Numbered from the stretch's first letter, positions 38,000-47,955 are shown. The stretch: DNA of 64,000 bases from Minisyncoccota bacterium (GCA_035652395.1 DASRDX010000009.1:272411-336410); one strand, 5' to 3'. The notes: generated by a model from the letters alone, not told the origin. Made by a program: numbers and translations.

Positions 38000-38317
38000 A
38001 TGACACAATTGACTTTCTTTTTTGTCTGGCCAGTTTCCTTGCACATAGATTTGGCCGATAAAGTAATGGTCGCTCGAAGGACTAGATATGGAAATATCAA
38101 AGTCTATCGCAACACTACCTTAGGTGTCTGGGTAGTTACTTATCAGAAGCCAGTCTTTGGACCATCAGGCAGAATTGGGTGTTCGATTCTTTGCATATAT
38201 CCTCAGCTATTTTTTTCTGGAAGGTCAGCTTGGACCTGTGCTAAAAATCTTCAAGTAGGTTATGCTCATCAAACGGCTGAAGACTTTTTCCAAAGTCTGT
38301 CTGGGTGGTGGGGTTAA
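38000..38317 (+). CDS. hypothetical small protein downstream of tRNA-Asn
   Basis: ORF followed directly by a terminator; no motif. Confidence 0.35.
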   Translation: MTQLTFFFVWPVSLHIDLADKVMVARRTRYGNIKVYRNTTLGVWVVTYQKPVFGPSGRIGCSILCIYPQLFFSGRSAWTCAKNLQVGYAHQTAEDFFQSLSGWWG

Positions 38318-38322
38318 TCGAT

Positions 38323-38354
38323 AGCCACACATTTAATGTGTGGCTTTTTATTTA
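38323..38354 (+). terminator. rho-independent terminator (agccacaca ttta atgtgtggct plus T-run)
   Basis: seen in sequence. Confidence 0.65.
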
Positions 38355-38892
38355 CCTTCCTCCAAAATCTCCACTCCCATATTGTCCCGAGCGCGGAGCA
38401 ACATGAGAAAAGGCACTCTTCTTGGGTGCCTTTTCTCATATCTACGCTGGACCGTGAGGATTGAAAATGTAATGCGTAGGCTCGATAAATCTATGGCACA
38501 AAGCCGGGTGACCCGAATATTCCAACAATGTGAAATATTTTCCCTACCCATGGAGAATATTTGACATAATTCCAAACGGCATATAAATTATCAAATAGAT
38601 ACTGGTTGTAACAAACGTGAACCGATCGATGAAAATCGTAAGTAGCGTCCCTTTACGACCCCTCGATTTACAAACGTGAACCCTGTGCACAAGGCAAGTA
38701 ACGTCCCTAACTTTGAGTGAGTGATCTCCCGTCTATTTGTATTCGTTGTATAATTTTCAAAAAAGCCTCATCGATTTCCATATCATGAGGCTTTCTCTAT
38801 TTCTAAAAGATTCTAAATTCCTCTACAAGTCGGAGTAACGGAAAATACTCTTTTGCAGAGTATTTTTCCTTGTCTAATCTGGGACGATGATG

Positions 38893-39462
38893 TTAGGGAG
38901 TTAGGGGCGGAATACATGAAGAGATGACTCCCGTCTGGTCCATTCCTCCATAATATAATCGGCTTCCGTCTGCAGCAGATCGAATATTGCCAGTATTAAT
39001 ATTACCGTCGTCCATATATTTATCGAGAGCCAGAGCATTTGAAGGGCCTGGATTTTCTAAATCAAGTGAGTATGTGAAAGGGGTGTAGGGGGTGTGCTCC
39101 CAGTGAATATGATCATTGGGTGCAACTCCTAATGGATCTTTCTGCCACTTAAAGTAAGGTGCAGCCCACCCGGTTTCTGCCCCATCATCCCAAGCGTGAT
39201 CAAAACATGGATAATCACCAGCATGGTCGGATTGATATAGTGCTAAAGCTTTAGATGTCTCTTTAAGGATAGAAGCGGTTTGAGTAAGCCTGGCTCTACT
39301 ACGAGCAGTAGCTAAAGAAGAAAGAACTACTGATGATAATAATCCAATGATTGCGATCACTACTAAAAGTTCGATCAGAGTAAATCCCTTTTTTGAATTA
39401 TTATTAGAATTTCTGCGATGCTTCATAAGGTTTGGGTGGTACTCTGTCGTTTCGACTGACAT
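38893..39462 (-). CDS. type IV pilin-like protein (prepilin N-terminal cleavage/methylation domain)
   Basis: KKGFTLIELLVVIAIIGLL class III signal peptide. Confidence 0.75.
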   Translation of the reverse strand: MSVETTEYHPNLMKHRRNSNNNSKKGFTLIELLVVIAIIGLLSSVVLSSLATARSRARLTQTASILKETSKALALYQSDHAGDYPCFDHAWDDGAETGWAAPYFKWQKDPLGVAPNDHIHWEHTPYTPFTYSLDLENPGPSNALALDKYMDDGNINTGNIRSAADGSRLYYGGMDQTGVISSCIPPLTP

Positions 39463-39770
39463 TCTTAAATATCAGAATTATGGAGATAATCACCGACAAT
39501 AGGATCAACCCGAGTAGTAAAAAATTCGCCTGTTTAGAATTTCTTGCTATTTTTTGCCTTACCAGCCAAGAAATCATACTAGCTGTTTCTTTCTCCGACT
39601 GAGCTCTGTTATATAGAGCTGATGGACTATTTTTCTCTTCAAAAAACTCAACATCTGACATATTTATTTATTGTATCAAATATAGCAATCGAAAAAATAA
39701 ATGATTTTCTTTAAGATATTTATCTATCTTTTAAATTTGTCCAAACACCTTTTCGCGATATTATAAATGC

Positions 39771-40100
39771 ATGAAATACTCGCACAAAACAATAGGTCTT
39801 TTTCAGGCCGCTGGCATCATTTTATATGTATCCTTCTTTGCTTCTGTTATTCAGATGTTTTCCCAATCCCCTCTTAAGAATGTAGAACTGGGCCCCTTTT
39901 TGGCAATAATTATTTTTCTACTGGCTTTTATTGTTTCAGCTGTCATTTGTGGATCTATTTTTCTGGCCTATCCTCTTACTCTTTTCTTTGATAATAAGAA
40001 AAAAGAGGCATATAGAATTGTCGTCTGGAGCTTAGGCTGGCTCATCTTTTTCTTTTTAATCGTCTTGATTATCGTCCTTCTTTTAATAAGCAACTTTTGA
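39771..40100 (+). CDS. hypothetical integral membrane protein
   Basis: three hydrophobic segments. Confidence 0.4.
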   Translation: MKYSHKTIGLFQAAGIILYVSFFASVIQMFSQSPLKNVELGPFLAIIIFLLAFIVSAVICGSIFLAYPLTLFFDNKKKEAYRIVVWSLGWLIFFFLIVLIIVLLLISNF

Positions 40101-40307
40101 CTTTTGAATAAAAAGAGGGGGAAAAGGTCGTCAAAGAGGGCCTTTTCTATATACCGGCTGGCGGGGTTATTTTCTGGATACGAAGAACAACACCTTCGCC
40201 TGTTTCAGGTAGATTTGAATGCCAAATAGATTTAAGAGTTGCTTTGTGAAAAGCTGATTATTCTGTTAAATTAATATGAGAAAGTTTTATTAATTAATAT
40301 TTAAATT

Positions 40308-40715
40308 ATGAAAATAATTCCTTATTTGAGATTTAATGACGATAAATGTCGAGAAGCGTTTGATTTTTACAAAAATTGTTTTGGTGGAGAGATAACCTTT
40401 CAGACTGTTGGTGAGTCCCAGATGCCGGAAGAATATAAGACGGCGCCGGATAAAATAATGCATGCGACCCTGAAAAGTGGCGAGCTGGCCATTTATGGAT
40501 CCGATATGATGAGAGATAAGGCCGTTATTGGTGATCAAATTGCTCTCACTTACGAACCAAACAATGAAGATGACGCCAAGGCAATTTTTGCCAAACTTTC
40601 GGAAGGTGGTGAGGTATTTCAGCCACTAGAGAAACAGTTTTGGGGCGCACTTTTTGGAATGGTAACGGATAAATACGGTATTGAATGGATGATTAATTAT
40701 CAACTACCGGAATAA
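40308..40715 (+). CDS. VOC/glyoxalase-fold protein, PhnB-like
   Basis: PhnB-like family sequence. Confidence 0.75.
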   Translation: MKIIPYLRFNDDKCREAFDFYKNCFGGEITFQTVGESQMPEEYKTAPDKIMHATLKSGELAIYGSDMMRDKAVIGDQIALTYEPNNEDDAKAIFAKLSEGGEVFQPLEKQFWGALFGMVTDKYGIEWMINYQLPE

Positions 40716-40719
40716 AAAT

Positions 40720-41235
40720 ATGAGTGAACAAAAAATCACTACATTTATCTGGTACGAGAAGGACGCAGAAAAAGCGGCTCAATATTATGTTGATGTCTTT
40801 AACAATAATCCGGCTAAGAAACAAACTTCAAAAGTCATCACAACTAGTGATTATAAAGAGGCTAGCGAAGAGGTTTCGGGACAAAAAGCCGGTACTCCGA
40901 TGGTAATAGAGTTTAATCTCGAAGGTCAGGAGTTCATGGCCCTTAATGGCGGCTCATATTTAAAATTAAGCGGCGCCGTTTCATTGATGGTAGATTGCGA
41001 GACACAGGAAGAAGTTGATTATTTCTGGGAGAAGTTGGGGGAAGGCGGCGAGACCGGTCAATGCGGCTGGATCAATCGGGATAAATTCGGAATGACTTGG
41101 CAGATTGTGCCATCGGCACTCGGCAAGCTAATGAGTGATCCGGATGAAGAGAAATCTGAACGCGTCATGAAAGCCATGCTTGGAATGACTAAAATTGACA
41201 TTGCGGGTCTGCAAAAAGCCTACGATAATAAATAA
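40720..41235 (+). CDS. VOC/glyoxalase-fold protein, PhnB-like (paralogue)
   Basis: same family; tandem to the previous gene. Confidence 0.75.
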   Translation: MSEQKITTFIWYEKDAEKAAQYYVDVFNNNPAKKQTSKVITTSDYKEASEEVSGQKAGTPMVIEFNLEGQEFMALNGGSYLKLSGAVSLMVDCETQEEVDYFWEKLGEGGETGQCGWINRDKFGMTWQIVPSALGKLMSDPDEEKSERVMKAMLGMTKIDIAGLQKAYDNK

Positions 41236-41251
41236 TCGTTTGGCTGATAGA

Positions 41252-41288
41252 AAATTCGGCGACCTTCGGTCGCCGAATTTTCTATATC
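41252..41288. terminator. 13-bp perfect stem (aaattcggcgacc / ggtcgccgaattt), 3-nt loop, T-rich tail; bidirectional
   Basis: seen in sequence. Confidence 0.7.
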
Positions 41289-42133
41289 AAAAAAATAATC
41301 AAACAAATTATTCCCGCCGCCACGCAATAAATGGCAAAAGGCTTGAGAGTCTTTGACTTGAAAAATCTGATCAAGAACCTGACAGAAAAATAAGCAGCAA
41401 TAGCGGCCGAAACCGCTCCTATAGTTACAGTCTTTAGAAGGGCGGGATCCGCTATTTTAAATAGCGCCGGTAATTTCAAAATGGCAGCCGCTAAAATAAG
41501 AGGGGTGGCCAGCAAAAATGAAAACCGAGCGGCATCCTCATGGTGATAGCCCGCCAATAAGCCTCCGGCCATCGTCGTCCCAGTGCGGGAAAAGCCTGGA
41601 ATTAAGGCTAGCGACTGGCTTAGGCCAATCCACAGAGAAGACGACCATCTCATCTTTGAAAGTCTTTCATCCCCACCTTCAGTCGTTCTTACATTATTCC
41701 TATTTCTAATTATTTCCGCCCACCAGAGCATCATTCCATTTAAAATTAAGACTACTGCTACCAGCAAGGGCACGGCTAAAATATTTTGGATTTTTTTCTG
41801 AAATAAGAGACCGAGAAGACCGGCCGGAGCGGTGCCAAGAATGATTAACCAGCCGAGGCGCCCATAATAATTATCTTTTAGATTTCTCTTAAATAGCGAT
41901 CTTATCACCCCTCCGATTATTAAAATCCAATCTTTCAAATAAAAGAGGAAAAGGATTATAGCGGTGGCAAAATGGGTAGCTACTAAAAAAATCAGAAAAT
42001 TGTCATTGCTCTGATCAATCTGCCACTTTAAAATCTGCGGCAGCAAAACGCTGTGACCTAAGCTAGAAATGGGAAAGAGCTCACTAATACCCTGCCCTAT
42101 CCCTAAAATCAGTGCTTGATAAAAAGTAAGCAT
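41282..42133 (-). CDS. uppP: undecaprenyl-diphosphatase
   Basis: BacA/UppP family sequence (PGFSRTGTTMAGG). Confidence 0.9.
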   Translation of the reverse strand: MLTFYQALILGIGQGISELFPISSLGHSVLLPQILKWQIDQSNDNFLIFLVATHFATAIILFLFYLKDWILIIGGVIRSLFKRNLKDNYYGRLGWLIILGTAPAGLLGLLFQKKIQNILAVPLLVAVVLILNGMMLWWAEIIRNRNNVRTTEGGDERLSKMRWSSSLWIGLSQSLALIPGFSRTGTTMAGGLLAGYHHEDAARFSFLLATPLILAAAILKLPALFKIADPALLKTVTIGAVSAAIAAYFSVRFLIRFFKSKTLKPFAIYCVAAGIICLIIFLI

Positions 42134-42142
42134 TTATGGCAT

Positions 42143-42865
42143 CTATCTTAAGGGGACCCATTCCTTGGAATAGGCTCGGTCAAAAATTAAAAAATAGAAA
42201 TAGTTCAACATCCATAAGGAAAGCAATTTGGGCCAGCCGATTTGGTGAGCTCGTCTGCCCGTGTGGTAAACAATCAAATTAGGCTCAAAAAAAGTGTGTC
42301 CAATTTTTGAAAGTCTGTTAAACATATTAAAATCCTCATTGGCTACCAGATCGTTCCTAAAACCGCCGACCACCTGAAAAGCGCTTCTCCTAATCATTTG
42401 AAATTCTCCGACGGATTCACCAACACCAAAGTAATTGTTCATCAGACGGATTTTTAGATTCACTAGTTCAAAGATAAACCGGTCGGCTAAAGTCTCTAGC
42501 TGAGCAAAAACCCGAAGGTTGGTAGTGAGAGCAGTCAAATCTGGATCATCCTCAAAGTGCCCTTGAGCCTTTCTTAAAAAGATATCGGCGTTTTCTAGCT
42601 GACAATCCGCATCTAAAAAGATTAGATAATCGCCGGAGGCCATGGCAGCACCCGCATTCCGGCCGGCTGCAATAGTTTGGCGACTGACTCCGGAATATAC
42701 AGCTACTTTTCGAGTGTACTTTTTAGCTATACTTACGGTCTTATCGGAACTGCCGCCATCGGAAATAATTATCTCGTGAGGTAGAGTTAAATTTCTTTTA
42801 AGGCTCTGAAGTGTTTCTTCTAAGACCTTCTCTTCATTTAGGGTCGGAATAATGATGGAGATCAT
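42143..42865 (-). CDS. family 2 glycosyltransferase (polyprenol-phosphate sugar transferase-like)
   Basis: IIIPTLNEE, GGSSD and DADC motifs. Confidence 0.8.
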   Translation of the reverse strand: MISIIIPTLNEEKVLEETLQSLKRNLTLPHEIIISDGGSSDKTVSIAKKYTRKVAVYSGVSRQTIAAGRNAGAAMASGDYLIFLDADCQLENADIFLRKAQGHFEDDPDLTALTTNLRVFAQLETLADRFIFELVNLKIRLMNNYFGVGESVGEFQMIRRSAFQVVGGFRNDLVANEDFNMFNRLSKIGHTFFEPNLIVYHTGRRAHQIGWPKLLSLWMLNYFYFLIFDRAYSKEWVPLR

Positions 42866-43440
42866 GAATATTTTTTAACAATTCTACCCTTAAGATATTT
42901 GCTGAACCCAAGAAGGATTAGAAATATTAAGATCATTATAGCAATGAAGCTAATTTTACCCAACCAATTGTTTACGCGCGCATATCCTTCTCCCAGATAA
43001 TAGCCAATTACCATTAAAAAGGCAGTCCAGAAAAACTGACCAAAGACGTTCAACGCCAGATAACGCCTAAAGGGAATCTTGACTAGACCGGCCGTGAAAA
43101 GAATTACCGGCGCAAACCCTAACCCCATGGTTAGCTTGGAAATGGTTAAGATCTTATTCTTATATTGATGGAAAATTCTTTCAGCCGTGGCAATAGCATT
43201 TTCCGTAATGCTGAAAAAATGACCGAACCGGCGAACGAAACGATGACCAAAATTATGCCCTAACCAATACCAGAAAATGTCCCCCAACAAATCTCCTAAC
43301 ATTAAAGCAAGGTAGAGCGGTAAAAAATCAAAGAGACCCAATCTCCACAGAAATCCTCCGAGCATCATAATTAGAGGACCCTCAAACAGAGCAATGGGAA
43401 CGATTATGATGTAGCGATAAGTCAGGATGAGATTAAGCAT
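42862..43440 (-). CDS. DedA/SNARE-associated family membrane protein
   Basis: DedA-type hydropathy and the G..LG motif. Confidence 0.65.
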   Translation of the reverse strand: MLNLILTYRYIIIVPIALFEGPLIMMLGGFLWRLGLFDFLPLYLALMLGDLLGDIFWYWLGHNFGHRFVRRFGHFFSITENAIATAERIFHQYKNKILTISKLTMGLGFAPVILFTAGLVKIPFRRYLALNVFGQFFWTAFLMVIGYYLGEGYARVNNWLGKISFIAIMILIFLILLGFSKYLKGRIVKKYS

Positions 43441-43446
43441 GACTCT

Positions 43447-44127
43447 TTAGAAAGTTTCTTTGGCAAAATAATAAATATAAGTGAAAAAAATTTTGATCAA
43501 TCCTTCCTTACGAAAACGACGCGCCGAGGTAGCCATGGTTAAATCATTAGAATAAATAATTCTACCCACTTTGGAAAGACGCCTCGCGGTGTTTGTATCG
43601 TCACCATAAAAAAGAATGGATGTGTCGTAGCCACCAATTTTCTCTAAAGCAGAGTTTCGCAGCAGGCAATTTCCTCCTATTAAGATTGCTCCAGCGTGGA
43701 AGAATGCGAGAAATTGATGAATAAATTTATAAAAGATTTTTTGGATTAAGAGACTGAAAAATTTAAAAACGGGACTGACGTCAAAGAAAATATAAGGACC
43801 CGTAACAGCTACGATTTTTGGATTATTAAAACATTCGGTTCCTAACCTTAGCCAGTCAGGATGAGGTCGACAATCGGCGTCGAGCGAGGCAATGATTTCG
43901 CCGGATGCGGCAAGGCGCCCGCGTTCGCGGGCGCCTTGCACTCCGAGCTTTGGCTCAACCAGAACCTTCACAGGGAAACCCCGACTAACCTCTTCCGTTC
44001 GATCCGTGCAGGCATTACAGACCACAATTACTTCAAAATCCGAAGAATGCTGGTTCAAAATTGCCTTAAGAGTTTCTGAAATATATTTTTCTTCGTTGTG
44101 AGCGGGAATGACAACCGAGACCTTCAT
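43447..44127 (-). CDS. family 2 glycosyltransferase
   Basis: VVIPAHNEE and LDADC motifs. Confidence 0.8.
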   Translation of the reverse strand: MKVSVVIPAHNEEKYISETLKAILNQHSSDFEVIVVCNACTDRTEEVSRGFPVKVLVEPKLGVQGARERGRLAASGEIIASLDADCRPHPDWLRLGTECFNNPKIVAVTGPYIFFDVSPVFKFFSLLIQKIFYKFIHQFLAFFHAGAILIGGNCLLRNSALEKIGGYDTSILFYGDDTNTARRLSKVGRIIYSNDLTMATSARRFRKEGLIKIFFTYIYYFAKETF

Positions 44128-44666
44128 TACTGATTAGGGTTAGCGGCGGTAACGTTAAAGTAAATGATGTTGCTGGTACCGTTGGCATTTCTTACTGCTA
44201 CCGGATATGGTCCCGGTCCTACTACCACACTATTGGTACCGCAAACGCCGTTGACGCAGGACTTGATGGTAGATGGCACGGTAAAGCGAATGTGTTGGTT
44301 ATCGTTTGAGCCGGAATTCCCGAGATTGTAGCCATTAAACTCCACGGAATTGTTGAGAAGATCAAAATTATAACCATTAATAGTTACGATAATACCTGTC
44401 TTGCCGGAAGAAGGGGTTAAAGAAGAGATGATAGGAACTTTCTTAGCCGTAGTTGGAGGATTTTGGTTGGAATTTCCTGATCCCGTTGTTGCAGAATTTC
44501 CGGTATTAGCTGGATTTCCACTTAAAGCATTCTCGGTGGAAGAACTTTGATTGGCATTACCCGGAATGCTGGAACGATTAACTGTAGCCACAATTCCCCA
44601 CAAGACTAACACTAGTAAAATGATTATTAAGACTGTCCAAATCCATTTTTGAGAATCGCTATTCAT
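44127..44666 (-). CDS. secreted protein with IPT/TIG-like beta domain, low-complexity N/S/G-rich linker
   Basis: N-terminal TM; C-terminal Ig-like pattern. Confidence 0.4.
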   Translation of the reverse strand: MNSDSQKWIWTVLIIILLVLVLWGIVATVNRSSIPGNANQSSSTENALSGNPANTGNSATTGSGNSNQNPPTTAKKVPIISSLTPSSGKTGIIVTINGYNFDLLNNSVEFNGYNLGNSGSNDNQHIRFTVPSTIKSCVNGVCGTNSVVVGPGPYPVAVRNANGTSNIIYFNVTAANPNQ

Positions 44667-44718
44667 ATTAAATGTTAATTAATAATTTTTAAATAAAAGG
44701 AGCCAAAAAGCTCCAAAA

Positions 44719-44940
44719 CTACGTTCCTGGTGTTTGGCTGTTCTTGCCAGCCTGATTAGGCGCCTGGTGGGTACGCATCGATTCATCTCCAGAGCGGTTG
44801 AGGATCTTGAGATTGAGATCTTCCTTATTACGGCGCCTCGTATAGATAATGAAACAGACACAACAAGCCAGAATCATTAGTGGGGCAGCCACGTAATGTT
44901 CCTTGACCATTTGAACTATGGAAAAAGCTATGGTATTCAT
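44719..44940 (-). CDS. small membrane protein
   Basis: ORF with a single TM. Confidence 0.3.
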   Translation of the reverse strand: MNTIAFSIVQMVKEHYVAAPLMILACCVCFIIYTRRRNKEDLNLKILNRSGDESMRTHQAPNQAGKNSQTPGT

Positions 44941-45000
44941 TTTCTTCTATTGAAAATGCTACAACTTTCCATTGGGAAGTCAATAAGTCGATGTTTAATT

Positions 45001-45375
45001 TTAAGGTGAGGTGATTTTCAAGCCATTATCTCCCCAGAAAACTTGTGAGTTTAAAATGGTGCTTACTTTTGAGCTAGTGGCTCCCGTAAAAATGTCATAT
45101 TGGTTTCCAGTCTTCTTTACTGAAACAATTTCACAAGAGCTGCTGCCGACTTCTATGGTGGACGATCCACTATAGTTTGGATTTTGAGCAAGTCTTACAA
45201 AAGTTACTTCCACGCAACTTTCGGCCAGAATTTCGCTTTCGGCTTTGGCTGCACTTCGATAAATGTTTATCAAAGCTTCGTAGATTGGTTCTGAGCTGTT
45301 TAGGACGCTCGGGATTAACAAACTAGAAATTAGAATAACTGATATTAAGGCGACGAATCCCCTGTCTCTTTTCAT
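45001..45375 (-). CDS. pilin-like/pseudopilin-like secreted protein
   Basis: MKRDRGFVALISVILISSLL N-terminus; ATGA overlap with the upstream minor pilin. Confidence 0.45.
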   Translation of the reverse strand: MKRDRGFVALISVILISSLLIPSVLNSSEPIYEALINIYRSAAKAESEILAESCVEVTFVRLAQNPNYSGSSTIEVGSSSCEIVSVKKTGNQYDIFTGATSSKVSTILNSQVFWGDNGLKITSP

Positions 45376-45551
45376 GGCAAACTTTTCAAAAACTGGAAAT
45401 TGGTTTCTTCAAGTCTTTCGGCTATAGCAGCTAGGCGAATATTTTCCTTATTAATCTGAAAAACCAGAGTAAATAAAGCTGTCATCACTAAATTGATGAT
45501 AGCGATGTAAATTAAAATCTCCAATAAAGTAAAACCTTTGGCTTGTTTCAT
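45372..45551 (-). CDS. minor type IV pilin (59 aa, not in the ORF track because it is under 60 aa)
   Basis: translated manually: MKQAKGFTLLEILIYIAIINLV..., a class III prepilin signal; ATGA overlaps on both sides. Confidence 0.6.
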   Translation of the reverse strand: MKQAKGFTLLEILIYIAIINLVMTALFTLVFQINKENIRLAAIAERLEETNFQFLKSLP

Positions 45552-46906
45552 TTCGGCTGAATAATAATTAATCCCGTTTGATTTAAGATCGAAATGTAAA
45601 TCGTCTGACCACTACAGCTAAGACCAGTGCCTTTAGCCGGCAGATTTAGCGAGTAAATCTGCTTAAGATTTTTTAAATCACTGCTGTCATATATAAAAAA
45701 GTTATGATTTGTAAGAAGTAATAATCTTTGAGGCAAAGCCAAAAGAGCGTTGATACTGTCTCCGATAGTTTTGGTGCCAATTAGCTCGAGAACCGGTAAA
45801 TGAGCGAGCGATAAAATATACAATTCGCTCTTGCCGACCGTTCGGCCCAGAAACAGGATCGAGCGATCTCGGGCCAAACTTTTGCCGTTGCCTGAACCAC
45901 CGGTGGCATCAAAATTATTCAGTAAAATCAGCTTTGAGCTGGTAGCTACATCGAGTAGCGTTAATTCTGCATTGTTAGGGGTAGCTAAAAAAAGATAATG
46001 AGAAAATCCATAAATACTATTTATAGCGGCGTTCGTTTCCCATTTTCCTACTTCCGCGGGCGCGGTCGGATTTGAAACATTAATAATATGCAGTTCTTCA
46101 ATCTGACTTTTAGCCGTTCCAAGAAAAAGAAAGTTCTGATGAAAAAAAAGAGAGCTCGTGATAGTCGTCTCATCGCTATAATCTCCGGGCAATTTATAGC
46201 TTTTGAGAATTGTGGGTTTAGTTGGATCGCTAATATCGGCAATCTGAAGCTGACTGTTTATACTGCTATTTCCAAGATAAGCGATACTTCCAGCCACTTG
46301 AATGCTGGTGAGGCCCGGTCCCGTGTCTAATGCTGACAGAATTTTCGGATTGGCTGGGTCTTTCACCTCAATCACAAACAAATCATTTGGGTCGGCCAGC
46401 TTATTTCTAGGGTCGGCATTGTTGGTTGTCAGATAGACTAAATTTCCGACAGACCAGAGGGCGGTTGCCTGATTGCCGTAACCAAGATCCGGTCCTTGTG
46501 AGACCGCCGCATTTTGCCAGTTTTCAGTTCCGTTCAGCCAACAATCATGTGAACCAATGGCATCGTTAAAGTTACTAACCAAAGTGGACTCTTCGAGGTG
46601 TTGGGGTCTTTTTCGATAGAACCAGTTGAAGCCTACGATGAGTCTTTTAGTAAAATTATCAATTTCTTCAGTAGTAATGTCTTCTTCGAAAGTAGAGGCG
46701 TGAGTGGTGGTGGCAATATTGTTATAAAAATCTTCGCTTAGAAGATGCTTGTACTTATCCATCTCCCTTGCTCCCAAAGTCAGTGCTTCTAAATAAAGAC
46801 TGGCTCTCGGCAAAGCGGTTTGATTATTAAAGAAGACCGTGATCAAGGCGCTGGCAATAATTCCAAAGATAAAAATAGCCAAGAGAAGCTCAATGAGAAT
46901 ATTCAT
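45548..46906 (-). CDS. large pilus-associated protein, pseudopilin-like N-terminal helix plus a roughly 400-aa beta-rich domain
   Basis: MNILIELLLAIFIFGIIAS resembles a pilin N-terminal helix; position between pilC and the minor pilins. Confidence 0.5.
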   Translation of the reverse strand: MNILIELLLAIFIFGIIASALITVFFNNQTALPRASLYLEALTLGAREMDKYKHLLSEDFYNNIATTTHASTFEEDITTEEIDNFTKRLIVGFNWFYRKRPQHLEESTLVSNFNDAIGSHDCWLNGTENWQNAAVSQGPDLGYGNQATALWSVGNLVYLTTNNADPRNKLADPNDLFVIEVKDPANPKILSALDTGPGLTSIQVAGSIAYLGNSSINSQLQIADISDPTKPTILKSYKLPGDYSDETTITSSLFFHQNFLFLGTAKSQIEELHIINVSNPTAPAEVGKWETNAAINSIYGFSHYLFLATPNNAELTLLDVATSSKLILLNNFDATGGSGNGKSLARDRSILFLGRTVGKSELYILSLAHLPVLELIGTKTIGDSINALLALPQRLLLLTNHNFFIYDSSDLKNLKQIYSLNLPAKGTGLSCSGQTIYISILNQTGLIIIQPK

Positions 46907-47955
46907 CGGTTCAGCCCGGAAGTTAGCTGGTAAATTGGTAAAACAATTGAAAGGGCTACTAAAGTGACAATAAGACCAATAAAGATCATTAAGGCCGGTT
47001 CAATCAAAGATGTTAGCCGTTTTAATATCTGGTCTAGTTCCCGCTCGTAATGCCGGTTTAGGCGCTCGAAAATTTCCGGCAATTGTCCGGTTTTTTCGGC
47101 AATTTGAATCATCTCGCAAAAGAAAGCCGGAAATTTCAGGGAAGCCTTTTCCAGGGACACGTACAATTCCTTTCCCTCTTCCAAGTCATCTAGAATTAGT
47201 CCATAACATTGTTGAAGAAAATCATTCTTCGAACTTTTATTTACGAATTGAAGAGCGGCGGTTAGGGAAAAATGATTTTTCAGGAAAAGTTCCATTGACT
47301 GGCATAGATTGATTAAAAGATTGTTTAGAAGAAAGGTTCGGACTATCGGTAAGCGAAATTTTATTTTCTGCCAGTTAAACCTTAGGATGATAGATTTTCT
47401 GACAGATGTTTGAAAGACGAAAATTAAAATACCGAAAATACCGAGTAATATCAGACCGAACTTTTTTAGGAAATAATTTAGAAAAAGCAAAAGGCGTGTC
47501 GGTAAAGGCAAGGTCCCTCCAAAACTCCCGAGTAACGGTAAGATTTTCGGAAAGACAAAACCGATCAAAAAAAGTGACATACTGATGGATAGAGCCAGAA
47601 TAAGAATCGGATAAATTAAAGCGCTAATTATTTTTTGCTGATTTTCCTTTCTTTTTTCCAAATAGAGAGCGGCACCTTCCAGCCTTAAAACCAAATTGCC
47701 GCTCTTCTCTCCTACCCTCAGCATATGTATGGCAACGTCGTCTAATTTTCCGCTCTCTTCTAAACTCTGCGCCAGGGTTTTACTTTCTTCCACATCCACC
47801 GCCAAATCTTCCAAAATTTTTAAGTAGGTCTTTCTAGATTTTTGATTGTTTCCCCGCATCATATCTATGGCCCGTGCCAAGGGGATATTAGCCCCAAGTA
47901 AAAATCCGAGTCGACGTAGAAAATCGATTTGATCGCTAATTTTAAGCTTCTTCAT
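46903..47955 (-). CDS. pilC: type II secretion/type IV pilus platform protein (GspF/PilC family)
   Basis: T2SSF domain architecture with 3 TM. Confidence 0.85.
   Translation of the reverse strand: MKKLKISDQIDFLRRLGFLLGANIPLARAIDMMRGNNQKSRKTYLKILEDLAVDVEESKTLAQSLEESGKLDDVAIHMLRVGEKSGNLVLRLEGAALYLEKRKENQQKIISALIYPILILALSISMSLFLIGFVFPKILPLLGSFGGTLPLPTRLLLFLNYFLKKFGLILLGIFGILIFVFQTSVRKSIILRFNWQKIKFRLPIVRTFLLNNLLINLCQSMELFLKNHFSLTAALQFVNKSSKNDFLQQCYGLILDDLEEGKELYVSLEKASLKFPAFFCEMIQIAEKTGQLPEIFERLNRHYERELDQILKRLTSLIEPALMIFIGLIVTLVALSIVLPIYQLTSGLNR

Noticed and set aside
38340-38892. RNase P RNA, tmRNA or a CRISPR array in the non-coding stretch after tRNA-Asn
   Set aside because: There is no AAGUCCGG/ACAGAAA RNase P signature and no tRNA-like 3' end with a GGGG 5' end. 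The direct repeats are only 2 copies, imperfect and about 58 bp apart with dissimilar spacers, so it is not a CRISPR array.
39404-39661. 85-aa ORF overlapping the 5' end of the pilin gene by about 58 nt
   Set aside because: The overlap with a well-supported pilin start and the absence of any motif make it doubtful; it may be a mis-frame.
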